DNA from: a virus
IMG/VR virus record: IMGVR_UViG_3300040796_000034
Coordinates: 62,851-126,850 of that record
DNA: 64,000 nt
Strand: one strand, 5' to 3'
This document shows positions 48,175 to 60,869 of this stretch, piece by piece. The notes below the pieces were generated by a model. The model had not been told where the DNA came from. It saw only the letters and a list, made by a program, of their open reading frames with translations, and made no database searches. The position numbers and the translations under genes are program-made. Every line of letters begins with the position of its first letter. Within the stretch, counting starts at the first letter, position 1.

Positions 48175-48621
48175 ATGTTAACCGTAGTCAAAAATCAAAA
48201 TATTTTAGACTTCCCAGGTGATGTGATTGTCAACACTGTCAATTGCCAAGGAATTATGGGTAAAGGACTTGCTAAACAAGTCCGGGAAAGATATCCAAAC
48301 GGCGTTCTTAATTATTTAAAAAACGCATCCACCATGATGAAACCAGGTGATGTAATTGTTGATACCGTTTGTGACATTTTCATATTTCACTTAGCAACCA
48401 AAAATACTTGGCGAGCTAACTCAAAAATAGAATGGATTCGGGCAGGTTTACAAAACCTAATCGCTAAAGGTAACGAATATAATATTAAATCCATAGCTTT
48501 ACCTTTAATAGGTTGTGGTTGTGGGAAGTTAAATCCTTTAGATGTTTATCGAGAGATTCAAGACTGCGGTATTGCTAACTATTTTGAAGTACATCTATAC
48601 ATTAAATCAGAAATAAACTAA
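48175..48621 (+). CDS. macrodomain protein (ADP-ribose hydrolase, DarG/TARG1-like)
   Basis: IVNTVNCQGIMGKGLAKQV..YP; FHLATK..W..SKIEWI..GL; SIALPLIGCGCGKL. Confidence 0.85.
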   Translation: MLTVVKNQNILDFPGDVIVNTVNCQGIMGKGLAKQVRERYPNGVLNYLKNASTMMKPGDVIVDTVCDIFIFHLATKNTWRANSKIEWIRAGLQNLIAKGNEYNIKSIALPLIGCGCGKLNPLDVYREIQDCGIANYFEVHLYIKSEIN

Positions 48622-48623
48622 GA

Positions 48624-49061
48624 GTGGAGATTAGAATGATAAAGTACCAGAATCGAGTGAAACAAACATTTCAAGAAATTGAAGAATTACTTTTTCTTGA
48701 AAAAGATTTAACGAAATTTAAGAGGTTACAACTTATCTACCTATTAAAAAGTGGAGAAGTAGAAAACCCTAGTCAAGCTGTTCGTTTTTTAGGAGTTCAC
48801 AAAACAACTCTCTGCCGTTGGTGGGAAAAATACGAACAGGGTGGTTTAGACAGACTCTTAAACCGTTCAGTTAAGAATGTGAAAGGGCCAAGTAATTACG
48901 TCATCCCGATTCATATTATTTCTAAAATCGAGACAAAGAAAGGCTTTTTTAAATCTTATCGAGAGATTCAAGACTGGTTACGAGAAGAATATCAACTAGA
49001 TGTCTCATACACGACTGTTCATAAGCAGTTTTCTAAAAAGCAGTTTTCTAAAACACAATAG
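48624..49061 (+). CDS. IS630-family transposase-like HTH protein without a catalytic domain
   Basis: RLQLIYLLKSG...LGVHKTTLCRWWEKYEQGGL..LL; FKSYREIQDWL..EYQLDVSYTTVH. Confidence 0.7.
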   Translation: MEIRMIKYQNRVKQTFQEIEELLFLEKDLTKFKRLQLIYLLKSGEVENPSQAVRFLGVHKTTLCRWWEKYEQGGLDRLLNRSVKNVKGPSNYVIPIHIISKIETKKGFFKSYREIQDWLREEYQLDVSYTTVHKQFSKKQFSKTQ

Positions 49062-49168
49062 CAGAGAGTTTACGCTGTACTCTTTTAAGAATACAGCTTC
49101 ATAGTTGAGTAGGAGTACAATCTAAAATTGGTTGTACTCTTTTTGTTTACCTATTTAGGAGAGATTCA

Positions 49169-52100
49169 ATGAAGTACGATTTCATGTCTTGGTTAGATAC
49201 ACCCGTATCAGATGATTGGGAAACTATTGCCGCTGGTAAATCTGAATATTTAGCACTACATCTTAGTGAAATTATTCAAGAAATTGAAAAAGATAGTAAA
49301 GTAGAAGCTTTATCAGTAGAGGAGAAAGCCGCAGGGTTAGAACTACTTGATAAGTTAGTACGTTTCTTGACCGCCGCTAATGCTGACTTAGTTTTAGCGA
49401 TTAACCGTGAAGGTAACTGTTATCAAGCATCTGCTAATAAAGAGCAACCTTAAACTTAATTAGTAAAGAAGTCGCTTGTCAGAATCCACTACTTGTATAA
49501 ATAGTGGATTCTGAAGTAGTTTAATCTTTTAACTTTTCACATACTTGGAGAAATTCAATGGAAAATCGGACATTCGATATAAGGGTTATTACAAGCCCTA
49601 CAATGAACGATAAAGTTGTTACAGATATTTTATCGTCAATGGAGCAAAAAGGGTATGAGTGCATCAAAAAAGGCTCTCAAAAGAGTAGGAAAGATAATAA
49701 CGTTCTAACCTACCTAACTTTTCTCAATCCAAAAGATGAGAGTGAGTTGACTCAAGCGTATTTTGATGCAAATACTGAAGAGTTCTAGTGTACAAAGCAT
49801 CTGTAGTAATTTCAACAAACAAAGGACACTATACAGTTTTATTAGAGAGTGCGGCTTCTAATGAGTTACATAATGACTTAATTAAAGAAACGACTCTTTT
49901 TACAAGTTTCTTAGTAGAGGTATCAGGAAATACCTTGTATCAGGGGTTTTACAAATCGTCTAAAGAAAAAGTTTGGGAAAAATTAGAAAAAATTCTCCTT
50001 AAACATTTCTTAGAAAAAGAGTTTGTAATATGTTACTTAGAAGATAACTAGCTAGTTAACTGTTTTCCATAGCCCTTATTCCGAGGCTTATAATATCGGA
50101 ATAAATCTAATTTAGAGGAATAAAAAATGACTTGGTTTTTCTTTGCAGTTTGTTTTGTCGTAGGGTTTGCAATGGATTGGTATGGTTACTATTACAATTA
50201 GTTTAGGACTATGGATTATTTTGAAGTTCTTGAAGCTGCGTTAGATTTGCAGCCACAATTGATTTGTAAGATATCCACACCACCAGCTAATACAGTTGTA
50301 TGGTATGGCGATACAATAGAAGGTGAGTATGTACTCAAACCTTGGGTTGCATACGACTTTTCTGTAAATAAATACATTATAGGCTACCAAGCAGTATAAT
50401 GTATTTAAGTAAACATCAACAGGACATAAACATGAAAACAACTCTTTTTCTTTTAGCCTCTACCATAGCTTTACTCTTTTTCACGGTACTTCCAGGGTAT
50501 GCAGAAGGTGAAGACCCTCTTACTGGGGAAGGTTCTATTGACGACCATACCGGAGATGTCATCGTCAAACCTCCTGTGAAAAAATAACAATAGTAGTTTG
50601 CAGGTTAACTGTATCTCCTAGATATTTTGTAAAGAGTGTTACCTCATTTTACATTTGTAAATTTTTAGTTGATAGAGGAAAATGGACTATCTTGCGACGT
50701 TAGAAGCTTGTCAAAAAGCTATAGACAGGGAAGGCTCAGACTACTTTAAGAAACAGTCTAAGAAGCTAGTCTCTGTTCATTACAATAAAGACACTGTAGA
50801 GGGGTGTAGTGTAGCTGCCACCTTTCATTCTTTAAACTGTATGAAAACCTTAACGACTGAGTATTTGTACTCAGCAAATCCTGGTTTAGCGCTTTTTAAT
50901 GAAATAGGAGTCTTAAAAGGTATTTCCACTACTGAGATACCTCGGAATTTAATGACTCCTCAAATACAGGCAGAGACTCTGGTAAGGTTTATCCAACTGA
51001 GTTTTACACCTGCAAGCGAGTTACAGGTTGACCCGACAATGTGTCGCGACAAAATCCTCATCGAGAAAACACTTGAGGATGAGTGGGAGCGTTACGGAGA
51101 TTCCTTTGAGTTCTATATCAAAAAACTCGGAGTCGACCCCCGACTACTGAAATCATGTCAAGAAAAGCTATTAAGACTAAAGTATATCTAATCTAGTCTT
51201 GTTAAGCTATTTATCAGGGTTGCATCTACTTAATTGTAGGTGCTTCTCTATGTAATCGACAAAAGAGTTAGATATGAAGAAAGAAAGATATTTAAAAGTC
51301 ATTCCTGAAGTGACTATAATCTGGTCAAAGATGTTACCCCCATACATTCATCAACGGGCTATCTACACCCCTCCTAAAGGTTTAGTAACTCAGGTTTTGA
51401 ATGAATACCAAGAAAACGTTAATGAGGCTTACCAAGCCGCCATTGTTGTAGGCTATTCTGAAGATGACTACATTCGGTGGTACGAAAGCTTTAACTACGA
51501 CTGGATGTCGTATGAAAAAGTGAAAAAGAAATATCTACATAGTCCTTGTACGTCATTTAGGGATATTGGAGATATTATGTTCCCCAAATGTCAGCTATGT
51601 GGATACTACAGACCTGACAGGTGTACAATTTGTGATGACTTTAAAGGGTCGTTATTTAGCAGATAACATTATTCACAGGGTTTAGGTGACAAAAGCTTAA
51701 ACCCTTTTTAACTAAATGAGTAGAACCTATCGCAGTCCTCAGTGTCTTAAAAGTGGTTACAGAAAAGCTCATGTACAATCAACTCGTGTATTAGAATACT
51801 ATGCTGTATATGAGTTAAAAGAGAATAGTTTTAACCCACCTAATCGATTAGTTGCACGAGCTAATCCTAAAAATACAGGGAATAAAAATCACCCGTTACC
51901 TAGTACCTACGCTGAATTACCTATATCAGCTTGGTGGGAGTACGGTAAGATAGTTGAAAAATTCTACAACGATTAACCATTAATTATGAATATCATAGAA
52001 TTTCGTTCAGGGATGAAAACACACTTCAATATCACTAACGATGTTAACTCTTATCTTGTCAAAGAGTTATTACCTTTTGGAGTAGTGGCTCTTGATGTAG

Positions 52101-52855
52101 TTAAGTTCGATGAGGATTTTCTTATTCCTAAATTTGGTGATTACACTGAAGAGAAAGGTATGAGCATGAAGGATATAATCACAGAAAAATACGGTAAAGC
52201 TGCTCGGGACTTTGTAGAGAACGCTATTTAGTTTAGGAGATAAAACCATGAATGATATTGAGTACAAACAATTGTTAATCGACATCCTCTCAATAAGCGG
52301 GTTTCACTGTAACATCATAGGTGTACAAGAACTTATACCAGGGTTTGTACAGATAGTGAAAAACTGTAACTTCCCTGTACAAGACCCTTTGTTACTAGAC
52401 CCGCAAACAAAAGATGCCTTAGACCATGATTCCTTGGTTATTTTAGTGGTCGAGAAACTACCAACACCTTACCGATTTGTGAACGGGGAAAGTGTTATGT
52501 CAATCATTTGTACAAATTAGATTTAGGAAATACAATGATACAACTCGAAACAGACCAACTAACACTTCTTTCAATACAAGAAAACCTCTACCTTATTGAG
52601 TTTTTCTCTTGTACAAACAAACCTTACGAAATAGGTGTAACTGTATATTTTATCCAGAAAGATTCTACTCTATATCTATATCTTTCAAATCTGGATAAAA
52701 AAGTAATTACACACGAAAGCTTACCTAAAAAATATCGTGACATGATTGAGAAATTACCTTTTGAGGATTTCTACCTCAATATGACGTTCATAGTCCAGTG
52801 GGCTATGGATGAAAGCAATTCTTTTACTAAATTAGGTATTTTCCCAGTAAACTAA
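49169..52855 (+). other. run of small hypothetical ORFs (49169, 49558, 49788, 50127, 50211, 50399, 50682, 51274, 51716, 51986, 52248, 52508)
   Basis: Co-oriented ORFs, many with GGAG/GAGG RBS and hairpins between; 50127-50201 is an untracked 24-aa hydrophobic ORF. Confidence 0.55.
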
Positions 52856-52930
52856 TTTACCGATAGGCAGGGTTTTTTAACCCTGCCTTCTTTCTCACTT
52901 TTAAAAAATATACAAACAAAAGGAGGTATT

Positions 52931-53452
52931 TTGGTTTCACTAATAGCTCACCAATACATTAATCAAGAAAATGAATTAAGATATCTACCTCGTAGTTTAA
53001 GAATCACCCGGCTGGACATTGAGTCAATGCTGTATCACGAAATTCGTTTCTTACAAGCGGTTCTTAAGACAGATGACGTTGAGTCAATAGTTGACTTCTA
53101 CTTGCTTAAGATAGAAGACGGTACGTTAGATGTGATAAAACTCTTTAATAAGGCATTAAGAAGCCTTAATCAACGGTGTGACTTTACCGTTACAGAAGAC
53201 TACTACCGTGAGTTTATCCATACCTTTGTAGAAGATAGGCAGTTTAATTTAATCTACTATAACTGGGTTCAATCAAACTATGAAGAGTTTAAGAAACCAT
53301 CTTTAGACCACATAATACCCCTAGTTAACGGAGGTACGAATGAAATAAGTAATTTACAGTGGTTAACGCTTGCTGAAAATCAAATGAAAGGATATTTCTC
53401 ACCTCAAGATTGGAATTTCATTAAAAGTCGGATATCTGATTACCTCGTTTAG
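52931..53452 (+). CDS. HNH endonuclease domain protein
   Basis: KPSLDHIIPLVNGGTNEISNLQWLTLAENQMKG. Confidence 0.8.
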   Translation: MVSLIAHQYINQENELRYLPRSLRITRLDIESMLYHEIRFLQAVLKTDDVESIVDFYLLKIEDGTLDVIKLFNKALRSLNQRCDFTVTEDYYREFIHTFVEDRQFNLIYYNWVQSNYEEFKKPSLDHIIPLVNGGTNEISNLQWLTLAENQMKGYFSPQDWNFIKSRISDYLV

Positions 53453-53467
53453 GAGAGATTTACTACA

Positions 53468-53641
53468 ATGCCTACTAAAATAATGTCATGTCAATGTACA
53501 CATAAATACCAAGACAAGCTCTATGGCAATAATAAACGGGTGTACAACAAAACTGTAAAAGGAACGACACCTGACAGTCAAGGATATCGTTGTACAGTAT
53601 GTAACAATTTAACTAAAAAAAATAAGAAGAAGGAAGATTAA
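53468..53641 (+). CDS. 57-aa putative zinc-binding protein (not in track)
   Basis: MPTKIMSCQCTHKYQDKLYG..RVYN..YRCTVC; AGGAG RBS. Confidence 0.6.
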   Translation: MPTKIMSCQCTHKYQDKLYGNNKRVYNKTVKGTTPDSQGYRCTVCNNLTKKNKKKED

Positions 53642-53706
53642 GCAATTAGGAGTATATAGAAATATGTACTCCTTTAATCTTTAAAAAATAGAGAGAAAGT
53701 AGAATT

Positions 53707-54081
53707 GTGAAACTATTAATTGCAGGAAGTAGAAACATTTGTCTAAAAGTTAGTAAGTTTGAAGAGTTGTGTGACAGATATTTACAAGAAACTTCTTATG
53801 AGGATTTAACAATTGTTTCAGGAGGAGCTAGGGGTGTAGATACTTGGGCAAAGAACTATGCAACATCAAGGGGTGTTAAGTTTATTGAGATACTTGCTAA
53901 ATGGAAAGATAGTACAGGTAATTTTATTAAGTCTGCTGGAATGCGCCGCAATGCTGAGATGCTAGATATTGTGGACAATTGTTTATTCTTTTGGGACGGA
54001 GAAAGTCCTGGAACTAGACAATGTATTCAACTAGCAGAGAAACAGAAGAAAATAGTTAAAATATTTTTAATAAAACAATGA
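53707..54081 (+). CDS. SLOG-superfamily protein (YspA/DUF2493-like)
   Basis: KLLIAGSR, IVSGGARGVDT, AGMRRNAEM, FWDGESPGT. Confidence 0.8.
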   Translation: MKLLIAGSRNICLKVSKFEELCDRYLQETSYEDLTIVSGGARGVDTWAKNYATSRGVKFIEILAKWKDSTGNFIKSAGMRRNAEMLDIVDNCLFFWDGESPGTRQCIQLAEKQKKIVKIFLIKQ

Positions 54082-54419
54082 AAATAGAAATATCTACACC
54101 AAGATTAGTCGAAGAAATTGATAAGTTTTTAGACATTTACAGTAATCAAACTAAAAATCTTTGGTCTATATATGTCGCCAATCACCTAATATTGAAAGAG
54201 TTAGTTGTAGGAGATATTCTCCAAACAGATTATAAAATTGTAACCTTTACAACTAATGTTATAATTTTTCACTGTAAGGTTATTCACAACATTCATGGAG
54301 ACACCCAGTTTAACACTATTACAAAACAACTTAATCAAATACAACCTCTTTTTGATTATTTGAAAAAGATGAATAGTGAACAAGAAAACATCAACTACTA
54401 TCAAGAAAACAAAATTTAA
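54078..54419 (+). CDS. hypothetical protein
   Basis: 113-aa ORF, ATGA coupling region. Confidence 0.5.
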   Translation: MKIEISTPRLVEEIDKFLDIYSNQTKNLWSIYVANHLILKELVVGDILQTDYKIVTFTTNVIIFHCKVIHNIHGDTQFNTITKQLNQIQPLFDYLKKMNSEQENINYYQENKI

Positions 54420-54428
54420 GAGGATATA

Positions 54429-54605
54429 ATGGCATTTACTTGGATATCTATATTAGGAGTTTTATATGCTCTATGGGTATATTTTTTATTCATTGGTATG
54501 TGTATAGGGCTAATCAACAAAGATTTCGAGTTAACGGTGCTTTGTACAACTACCCTAGTAATTTCTTCGACATTTTTCTACATTTTATGTATGGTCTTTA
54601 ACTAA
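54429..54605 (+). CDS. 58-aa two-TM membrane protein (not in track)
   Basis: MAFTWISILGVLYALWVYFLFIGMCIGLINKDFELTVLCTTTLVISSTFFYILCMVFN; GAGG RBS. Confidence 0.5.
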   Translation: MAFTWISILGVLYALWVYFLFIGMCIGLINKDFELTVLCTTTLVISSTFFYILCMVFN

Positions 54606-54775
54606 CGTTATTATAAGCTATCAGTAACAAATAGGTATTAGGGGATTTATTTAAGTAATAAATACTTCTATACCTATTCTGTTTCAATCTTACACAGATT
54701 TTTGACTATGTAACTACTGTCGAAAACGTTAAGTGTTACTCTGTCTCTAGTAAATGATGTCTATAAGAGGTCTCA

Positions 54776-55300
54776 TTGTACAACCCAATCTACAAAAAGA
54801 ATGATTTGATACTCGGTAGTGGTAAATCTGCTATCATTACCGGGTGGACAGATAAAAGACAAATCGCTAAACATTTGGATAGTTCAGAATACGCTGTCGT
54901 AGGTAATCTTTTCGACCCTGATATAGGGTTAGATTATTTAATAGCCAATGTATTAGCAAACCCCCAAGTTAACTCTCTTAAGCTGTATTGTGACCCTAAG
55001 AATCAACTGAGTATTGAGTCTCTTACACCTCTTTGGAAATTGACCTATCGAGGTTATATTGAAAAGCTAGATTACTATGCTATTCAAGATAGTTGTCGTG
55101 GTAGAGTTTCCAAAAAGTTTACTGTAGAAGACCTAGAAATTTTTAGACAGATATCTAGTCAGTGGGTCTGTTCGGTGAATACCTTAAAAGAAAGTCTTTG
55201 TTTTAATGTATTTAATACGAGACAAGCTAGGGTTATAAAACTTACTACTACAGTGAAAGAAATACTACCACCCGGTAAACTGTACAACCATTGTTTGTAA
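54776..55300 (+). CDS. MtrA-like N-terminal module of a cyanobacterial-type thymidylate synthase
   Basis: LILGSGKSAIITGWT...YAVVGNLFDP..GLDYLIANVLANP. Confidence 0.6.
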   Translation: MYNPIYKKNDLILGSGKSAIITGWTDKRQIAKHLDSSEYAVVGNLFDPDIGLDYLIANVLANPQVNSLKLYCDPKNQLSIESLTPLWKLTYRGYIEKLDYYAIQDSCRGRVSKKFTVEDLEIFRQISSQWVCSVNTLKESLCFNVFNTRQARVIKLTTTVKEILPPGKLYNHCL

Positions 55301-56157
55301 AAATGTTAAATCAAAATGAGTTGTTTACTAAATGGGTAAATTCTTTACAGTATATTACCTCAAACGGATATCTTGATAAGAAAAGAGGTTTTTTAGAATG
55401 TAACAACTTAAATATTCAAATATCATCTAAAGACTTTAACACTATATCGTTACTAGATTATTCAGATGTTGAAGTAGTTCCTACAAAAGAAGCTTGTTTA
55501 GAGTATTCATCTAAACTTATTTTTGGTACTTCTGTAGAGGGAGTAGAGTACACCTACGGCTCTCGATTAACTGAACACTTTAATAGTAATCAAATTTATC
55601 AGATTATTGATAAATTAATGATATATCCTGACATGACATCTCATTACATAACTCTTTGGGATGTAAATAAAGACAGTGGAAGTTTAAACCCACCTTGTCT
55701 TACGTCTATTTGGTTTCGATGTAGAGAAGAAGTCTTAGATATGTTCTGTACATTTAGGTCACATGATATGTACAGAGCTTGGTTACTGAATACAGTAGGC
55801 TTAATAAGTTTACATAGTTATATTGCTAAAAAAGCTAATAAGTCTTTGGGGTTATTAAATGTAAATTCCTTATCAGCCCATATCTATGAAGATTGTCTGC
55901 TGCAAGCTAGGTCAGTAGTAGATAAGTATTTCTATTCACTGAACAAACAGAAAAAGTTTAGTGACCCCATAGGACAGTTTGTAATTGAAAAAGATGGTAA
56001 GGAAGTCGTGGCTTCTCTCTACCGTGAGAAGGCTCTAATAGCCTCTTACAGGTCTGTTAACCCGCAAAAGGTAGTAGATGACATTATTACCTTTCACAGT
56101 GGCTTACAGCCCTCTCATGTAGCGTATATCGTTAAGGAAGTGTTGAGCTATGAATAG
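55291..56157 (+). CDS. thyA: thymidylate synthase-family protein with DUF4346-like C-terminus
   Basis: YTYGSRL, PPCL (catalytic Cys), FRSHDMY.AWLLN, SAHIYE; C-terminal DPIG.F.I...HVAY. Confidence 0.7.
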   Translation: MFVKMLNQNELFTKWVNSLQYITSNGYLDKKRGFLECNNLNIQISSKDFNTISLLDYSDVEVVPTKEACLEYSSKLIFGTSVEGVEYTYGSRLTEHFNSNQIYQIIDKLMIYPDMTSHYITLWDVNKDSGSLNPPCLTSIWFRCREEVLDMFCTFRSHDMYRAWLLNTVGLISLHSYIAKKANKSLGLLNVNSLSAHIYEDCLLQARSVVDKYFYSLNKQKKFSDPIGQFVIEKDGKEVVASLYREKALIASYRSVNPQKVVDDIITFHSGLQPSHVAYIVKEVLSYE

Positions 56158-59100
56158 CTCCAAATCAAAATCAATCAAACAAAAAAAGGTAAAACCTATG
56201 ATGATGACTAAATCTGTAATGACTGATTGGACTTATCCTGCGTTTTTCTATAACGAAGGTAAGGATGAGTTGCTAGAATATCTAGCTTCTAGCTCTTTTC
56301 AAAAGTTTGCTAATCCCGAAGATTTCCCTAATTTAAAAAATCTCTGGATACAACAAAATCGAGGAATACAGATACAACTTCTCGAAGACACGGTTTTGTA
56401 CTATGACTGGACCGATAAGCCATATCCTACAAAGTATTCTTATGAGGATGTTGGTTTTCTAATTTACCATCTCCAGTATCTAGGTATGTAAAAGTTTGTT
56501 TTATATAGGGTAATCAGAGATTACCCTTTTTTTGATTACAGTATCTTTGAATTAGAGAAAAAAATGAGACTACAAGATTGGAAAAATTTACAACAACGTG
56601 ACAGACTTATCAACGCTAAACAAGTTGGTAAAAAGTACAGAAGAGTGGAATCCTTTAACTTAAGGCAAGGAATTTTGCTAGAAGAGAAAATAGCAAAGCT
56701 CTTAAGTAAAACTTTTACTTCAGTACCTCTTATTGAAAAAGAGACGTTAGTAAAATCTTTAGTAGCTTTTCATAAGAAAGAAGGTCATACTTATTTGCAA
56801 GAGGTTATTAATCATCAAAGCAAATCCTTTGACTTAATGAAATATCGAATAGACCTATCTTCTGGTTATTTAACTGAAGAGCAGTACAGAGAAAAAGTTG
56901 TAGATAAAATTCTTGATTGTACAGGTTGTGACTATTTAGGTATTGATTTAGAAGGTTCTTTAAACTTTTTCGGTATTAAATACATTCTCCCAACAAAATA
57001 CCGTGTCTCATCATACCAAGAAAATGCGGGTACGGTTGATGAGTATAAAATCTCAAAAGAAAACTGGGGTAAGATTTCTATGAATCAAAGCAAATTAAGA
57101 AACCTTGCAAAGTCAATTACACAACTTGATAACTCGTATAACTGTGAACAGATTAATACTTACGTTCTTGTCTTTACTAGACCGTATTATCAAAAAGCTC
57201 GAATACAAGATATCGAAAGTAACGTCATCATTAAAATTAATGAGTCAAAAAGAGAGGAAGAAGAGTCTCAAAGAAAAGTTATTTTTTACCGATAGTGAAG
57301 AATATGAAGACCGTGGTTTAACTATTTATTTCACGGTCTATCTCTCAATTGCAAAGTTACAGCAGTCTATTAGAGATTTTACTAATCTAGGAGTTGCTGA
57401 CCCCGAGTTAATGGCTGTACAACATTTATTAGTTTTAAACCTCAATGAGATATATCAAGGATATTCTTACGAACAGTTGTATCAGATAGTAATTTTAACC
57501 TTGCAGTTTAAGGACATGGATGTAACAACCCCTTTGATTTTACAAGCTAATATTGATAATGAAGTTATTCAAGATTATTTAAAAGCCTGTAAAAAATTAA
57601 GGAACTCCTTAGAGGAGAATCTGAGCAAATATGATATAAACTCCTCTTGTACAGAGGAACGACAAATATGGTTATCTAATCAAGTGTTAATAGAGATAGT
57701 CTCCAGATTAGGTTATTATTTATTTAGTAAACACAATAACGAAGGAGAAATTTAATGGACAAATTACAACTACATGAAATTGTTGACGAATCAGATAATT
57801 TAATGGATATCTTCCTCAAAGATATTGATGAGCCAAGTATCGTCAAAGAATACAAACTATTTTCCCGACTAGGCGTATTAGCCAGCCATACCAATGCAAG
57901 AGAGATTATCCCTCACCCGGCTTTTCTTGCAGGTCAATGGGTGACTAAACATGGTTATAAGCAACTTAATGAGCGAAGGAAGCTTTTAGAGGCTTCTTTA
58001 AAATCAGATTCAAAGAAATCTGTCGAAAAGCCTACTGAATTAGACTGGTAAATTTGATACACTATTAAGATATTTGAGATAGATAACTAACGTAATACAA
58101 AAAGTTAAAGAAAGTATGTACAGTTTTTTAGAGTTAGACGAAGATTATATTGAAATGGATTGTGAAAAAGTAAATAAACTTGTTAACACCTATGTAGTGT
58201 ATGACAAGCCTTTTACACCTGTTGTAGATGTGTGGGGATATTATGATTATGTTAAAGACAAATATCTCTACCCGTATATTCCTAATCAAAATCTTGAAAG
58301 AACGACTTTGATTAGTGAAGCTAAATACCAATATTTAAACTACACGGTGATGTATCACTGTACAAGGTGGCTTAAGAACTTTTTTTACTCAGCAAACCTA
58401 GTCAGTGAAACTGATTTTGATACTATCGGGTTTAATGTTGATACCTTAAACGCTATCTGTGAAGACTTAGAGGTTCCTTACCCTGATTGGGATTATTATT
58501 TTGAGAAATGGTTAGAAGACCCTTTATCTACTTTCACGTTATCTTCCGGTCCGTATTATCTTCTAGTTCATCAGAATAAGCCTGTATGGTACTCTGGATA
58601 CTTTAATCGAGTTCAGTATAAACCCAAGCATTGTTATAAAGGAGTTGACGGGACTGTTTTTACGCATAATGCTTATGGGTGTATTAAGGCGTATTACAAA
58701 GGGAAAGATTTTTATAGAGAGGATGCAGAGAATTTATTCCTTCAGTATAAGAAAGAGAATAAATTAGAGGATGCTAAATACTTCTCAATGAAAATCAAAG
58801 TCAAAGACCGTGTTGTACAGTCTCTTTGGGATTACGATGAACTATCTAACAAGATAGATGAACTTGTAGGAGATTCTGAATATAGTGACAACTCTGTTGT
58901 GTTTAAAAATTTTGTAAAAGCTGAGTCTCGTGATTTAGTATCAGTCTAGTGTAGTTTATAAGGAGGCTAACTACCTCCTTATGTAATTTATGAACCCAGT
59001 AATTTTAAATAAACCTTACCAAAGTTATTCTAAAATTAGGGTCTTTGGGTATCCCGTAGATGTAGGTAAACATCTTTATTTTGTCAATGAAGATAGTGAA

Positions 59101-59932
59101 TCAGTTGATATTGGAGGGTATTTAAAGTTTATTAACAGTGTCTTTAATAATCTTTGTCTTGAAGGAAAGTTTTTTAAGGAATCGTTAAGTATATACCTGT
59201 CTCAAGATGTTAATTCTTTCACATTAATAAATGGAGACCAGGCAACAATTGTTGTACAGTCTTGTAAAATAACATCAGTTACCGGATGTAAATTTAAACG
59301 AAACCTTTACCAAGATATTACTTTTTCATACCCTATTAAAGGTACTAATAATTTTGTAAAAGATAGCGAGTTAGCTAAAATCAAATTATCTAATATAGAT
59401 TTTACTAAGAAATATTTTACAATACCTTGTATTGATGGTATTGGAGTGTACAGCTATAAAGAGCTACTGTCTTTGAAGAAAAAAATATATGAAAAGTATG
59501 AAAAGCCTGTTTAGTCAAATAAAAGAAATTTCTCCCAATATGGATATAGAAGCTGTTTCAGAAATGTTAGGAGTAGATAAAGATGTTCTATTAACACCTA
59601 AAGCTAATATTGCGACAAAGAATAGTTTCTACAGTCTCCTTAAAGAGAAGTTATTAGAACTTCAGTTATCTAAAACAGAAGAGCAAACCTTTATTGAGAA
59701 TCTTGGTAAATACATCATTCACTGTATTGATGAAAAGCAGAAAATTGACAGCGAATATATTCCTATATATGAAATGCTGTTAAAAGACTATCAAGATGCA
59801 ACATCTTTACACCCTGTATTAAAGCGGGTCTTCCATGCTTGGGGATTGAGTGCGTATAGCAAGGCTTTTCGTAAATGGAAAGGAGAATATACTGAGAGTA
59901 GTGAAAATGATTTAAGTTATCTTAAAGATTAA
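56150..59932 (+). other. run of hypothetical ORFs (56150, 56564, 57240, 57755, 58116, 58990, 59489)
   Basis: Co-oriented, mostly coupled ORFs; no motif recognised with confidence. Confidence 0.55.
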
Positions 59933-59999
59933 GCTATAATGAATAAAATGAATAAACTGATACAAGGACTGATAAACGTTTACTTTATTTTTTTTTAAA

Positions 60000-60869
60000 A
60001 TGTCTAACAAATCTAACAGTCTTAATTTGGTCACGACAAACCTTAATGAAGTCTTAAAGCACTTAAACTCTTATGAGATAATCTTGTCACCAGATGAGAA
60101 GACTCTTGACCGTCACAGGCTTGAGACAGTTGCGGATGATGAAGACTTAGATAAACAAATACTTTGCCCTACACGGTCTTTTAAGAAGGACCACAGCTAT
60201 TTAAAAAATCAAGATATCTTGGGAATGATTAACCACTTAAAAGTAGAAGATTACGATATTGAAAAAGCACACTTACGACCGCTATCTTTTTCCTTTTCAC
60301 TAAAACTTAAAGATATTGAACCTATAGAGGGTCTTCAACCTCAGTTATTTCTAATAATCAAGCGATTTGGTCGTTGTAAAATTCAATCGGTGTATCGGCA
60401 AATTCATTGTCAAAATCAAATACCAAGCTTAAATAGGTACGAGCCGATTAATGATGAAAAATCTGTTGATAGTAGTAATTTTATGCAGCATCTAAAAAGC
60501 TACGATATAGCAGGTCATGTGAAGCAAGTAAGTGAATATATTAAAAGTCTCTATGAGATTGAGTATTCACAAAACAAGGCAATTGACCGACTTGTATCGT
60601 TGTTTAAAATCCCTACAGGTAAAGAGGTTTCCAATACTTATAAAAACCGATACAACCTTCTTGTGTCACAGTATCATACAAACGAGCTAGCGGCTCCTAA
60701 TACATTAGCAGGTATGATGAATGGCGGGACAGGTTATTTAAGGGAATTATGTTATATGAGTAACAATAAAGAGAAATATGAAACCTACGGGTTTCCTCAG
60801 ACAAGTGTGTACAATCAAGCTTGTAAATTACTAAGAGAGGTATCTAGCCTAGCTAAGACTCTCAAGTAA
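60000..60869 (+). CDS. DUF932/DUF945-like phage/plasmid protein
   Basis: Y..LKNQDI, PQLFLI, RQIHCQNQI, NTLAGMMNGGTGY. Confidence 0.55.
   Translation: MSNKSNSLNLVTTNLNEVLKHLNSYEIILSPDEKTLDRHRLETVADDEDLDKQILCPTRSFKKDHSYLKNQDILGMINHLKVEDYDIEKAHLRPLSFSFSLKLKDIEPIEGLQPQLFLIIKRFGRCKIQSVYRQIHCQNQIPSLNRYEPINDEKSVDSSNFMQHLKSYDIAGHVKQVSEYIKSLYEIEYSQNKAIDRLVSLFKIPTGKEVSNTYKNRYNLLVSQYHTNELAAPNTLAGMMNGGTGYLRELCYMSNNKEKYETYGFPQTSVYNQACKLLREVSSLAKTLK

Noticed and set aside
48624-49061. Active IS630 element
   Set aside because: No DDE domain or terminal inverted repeats seen
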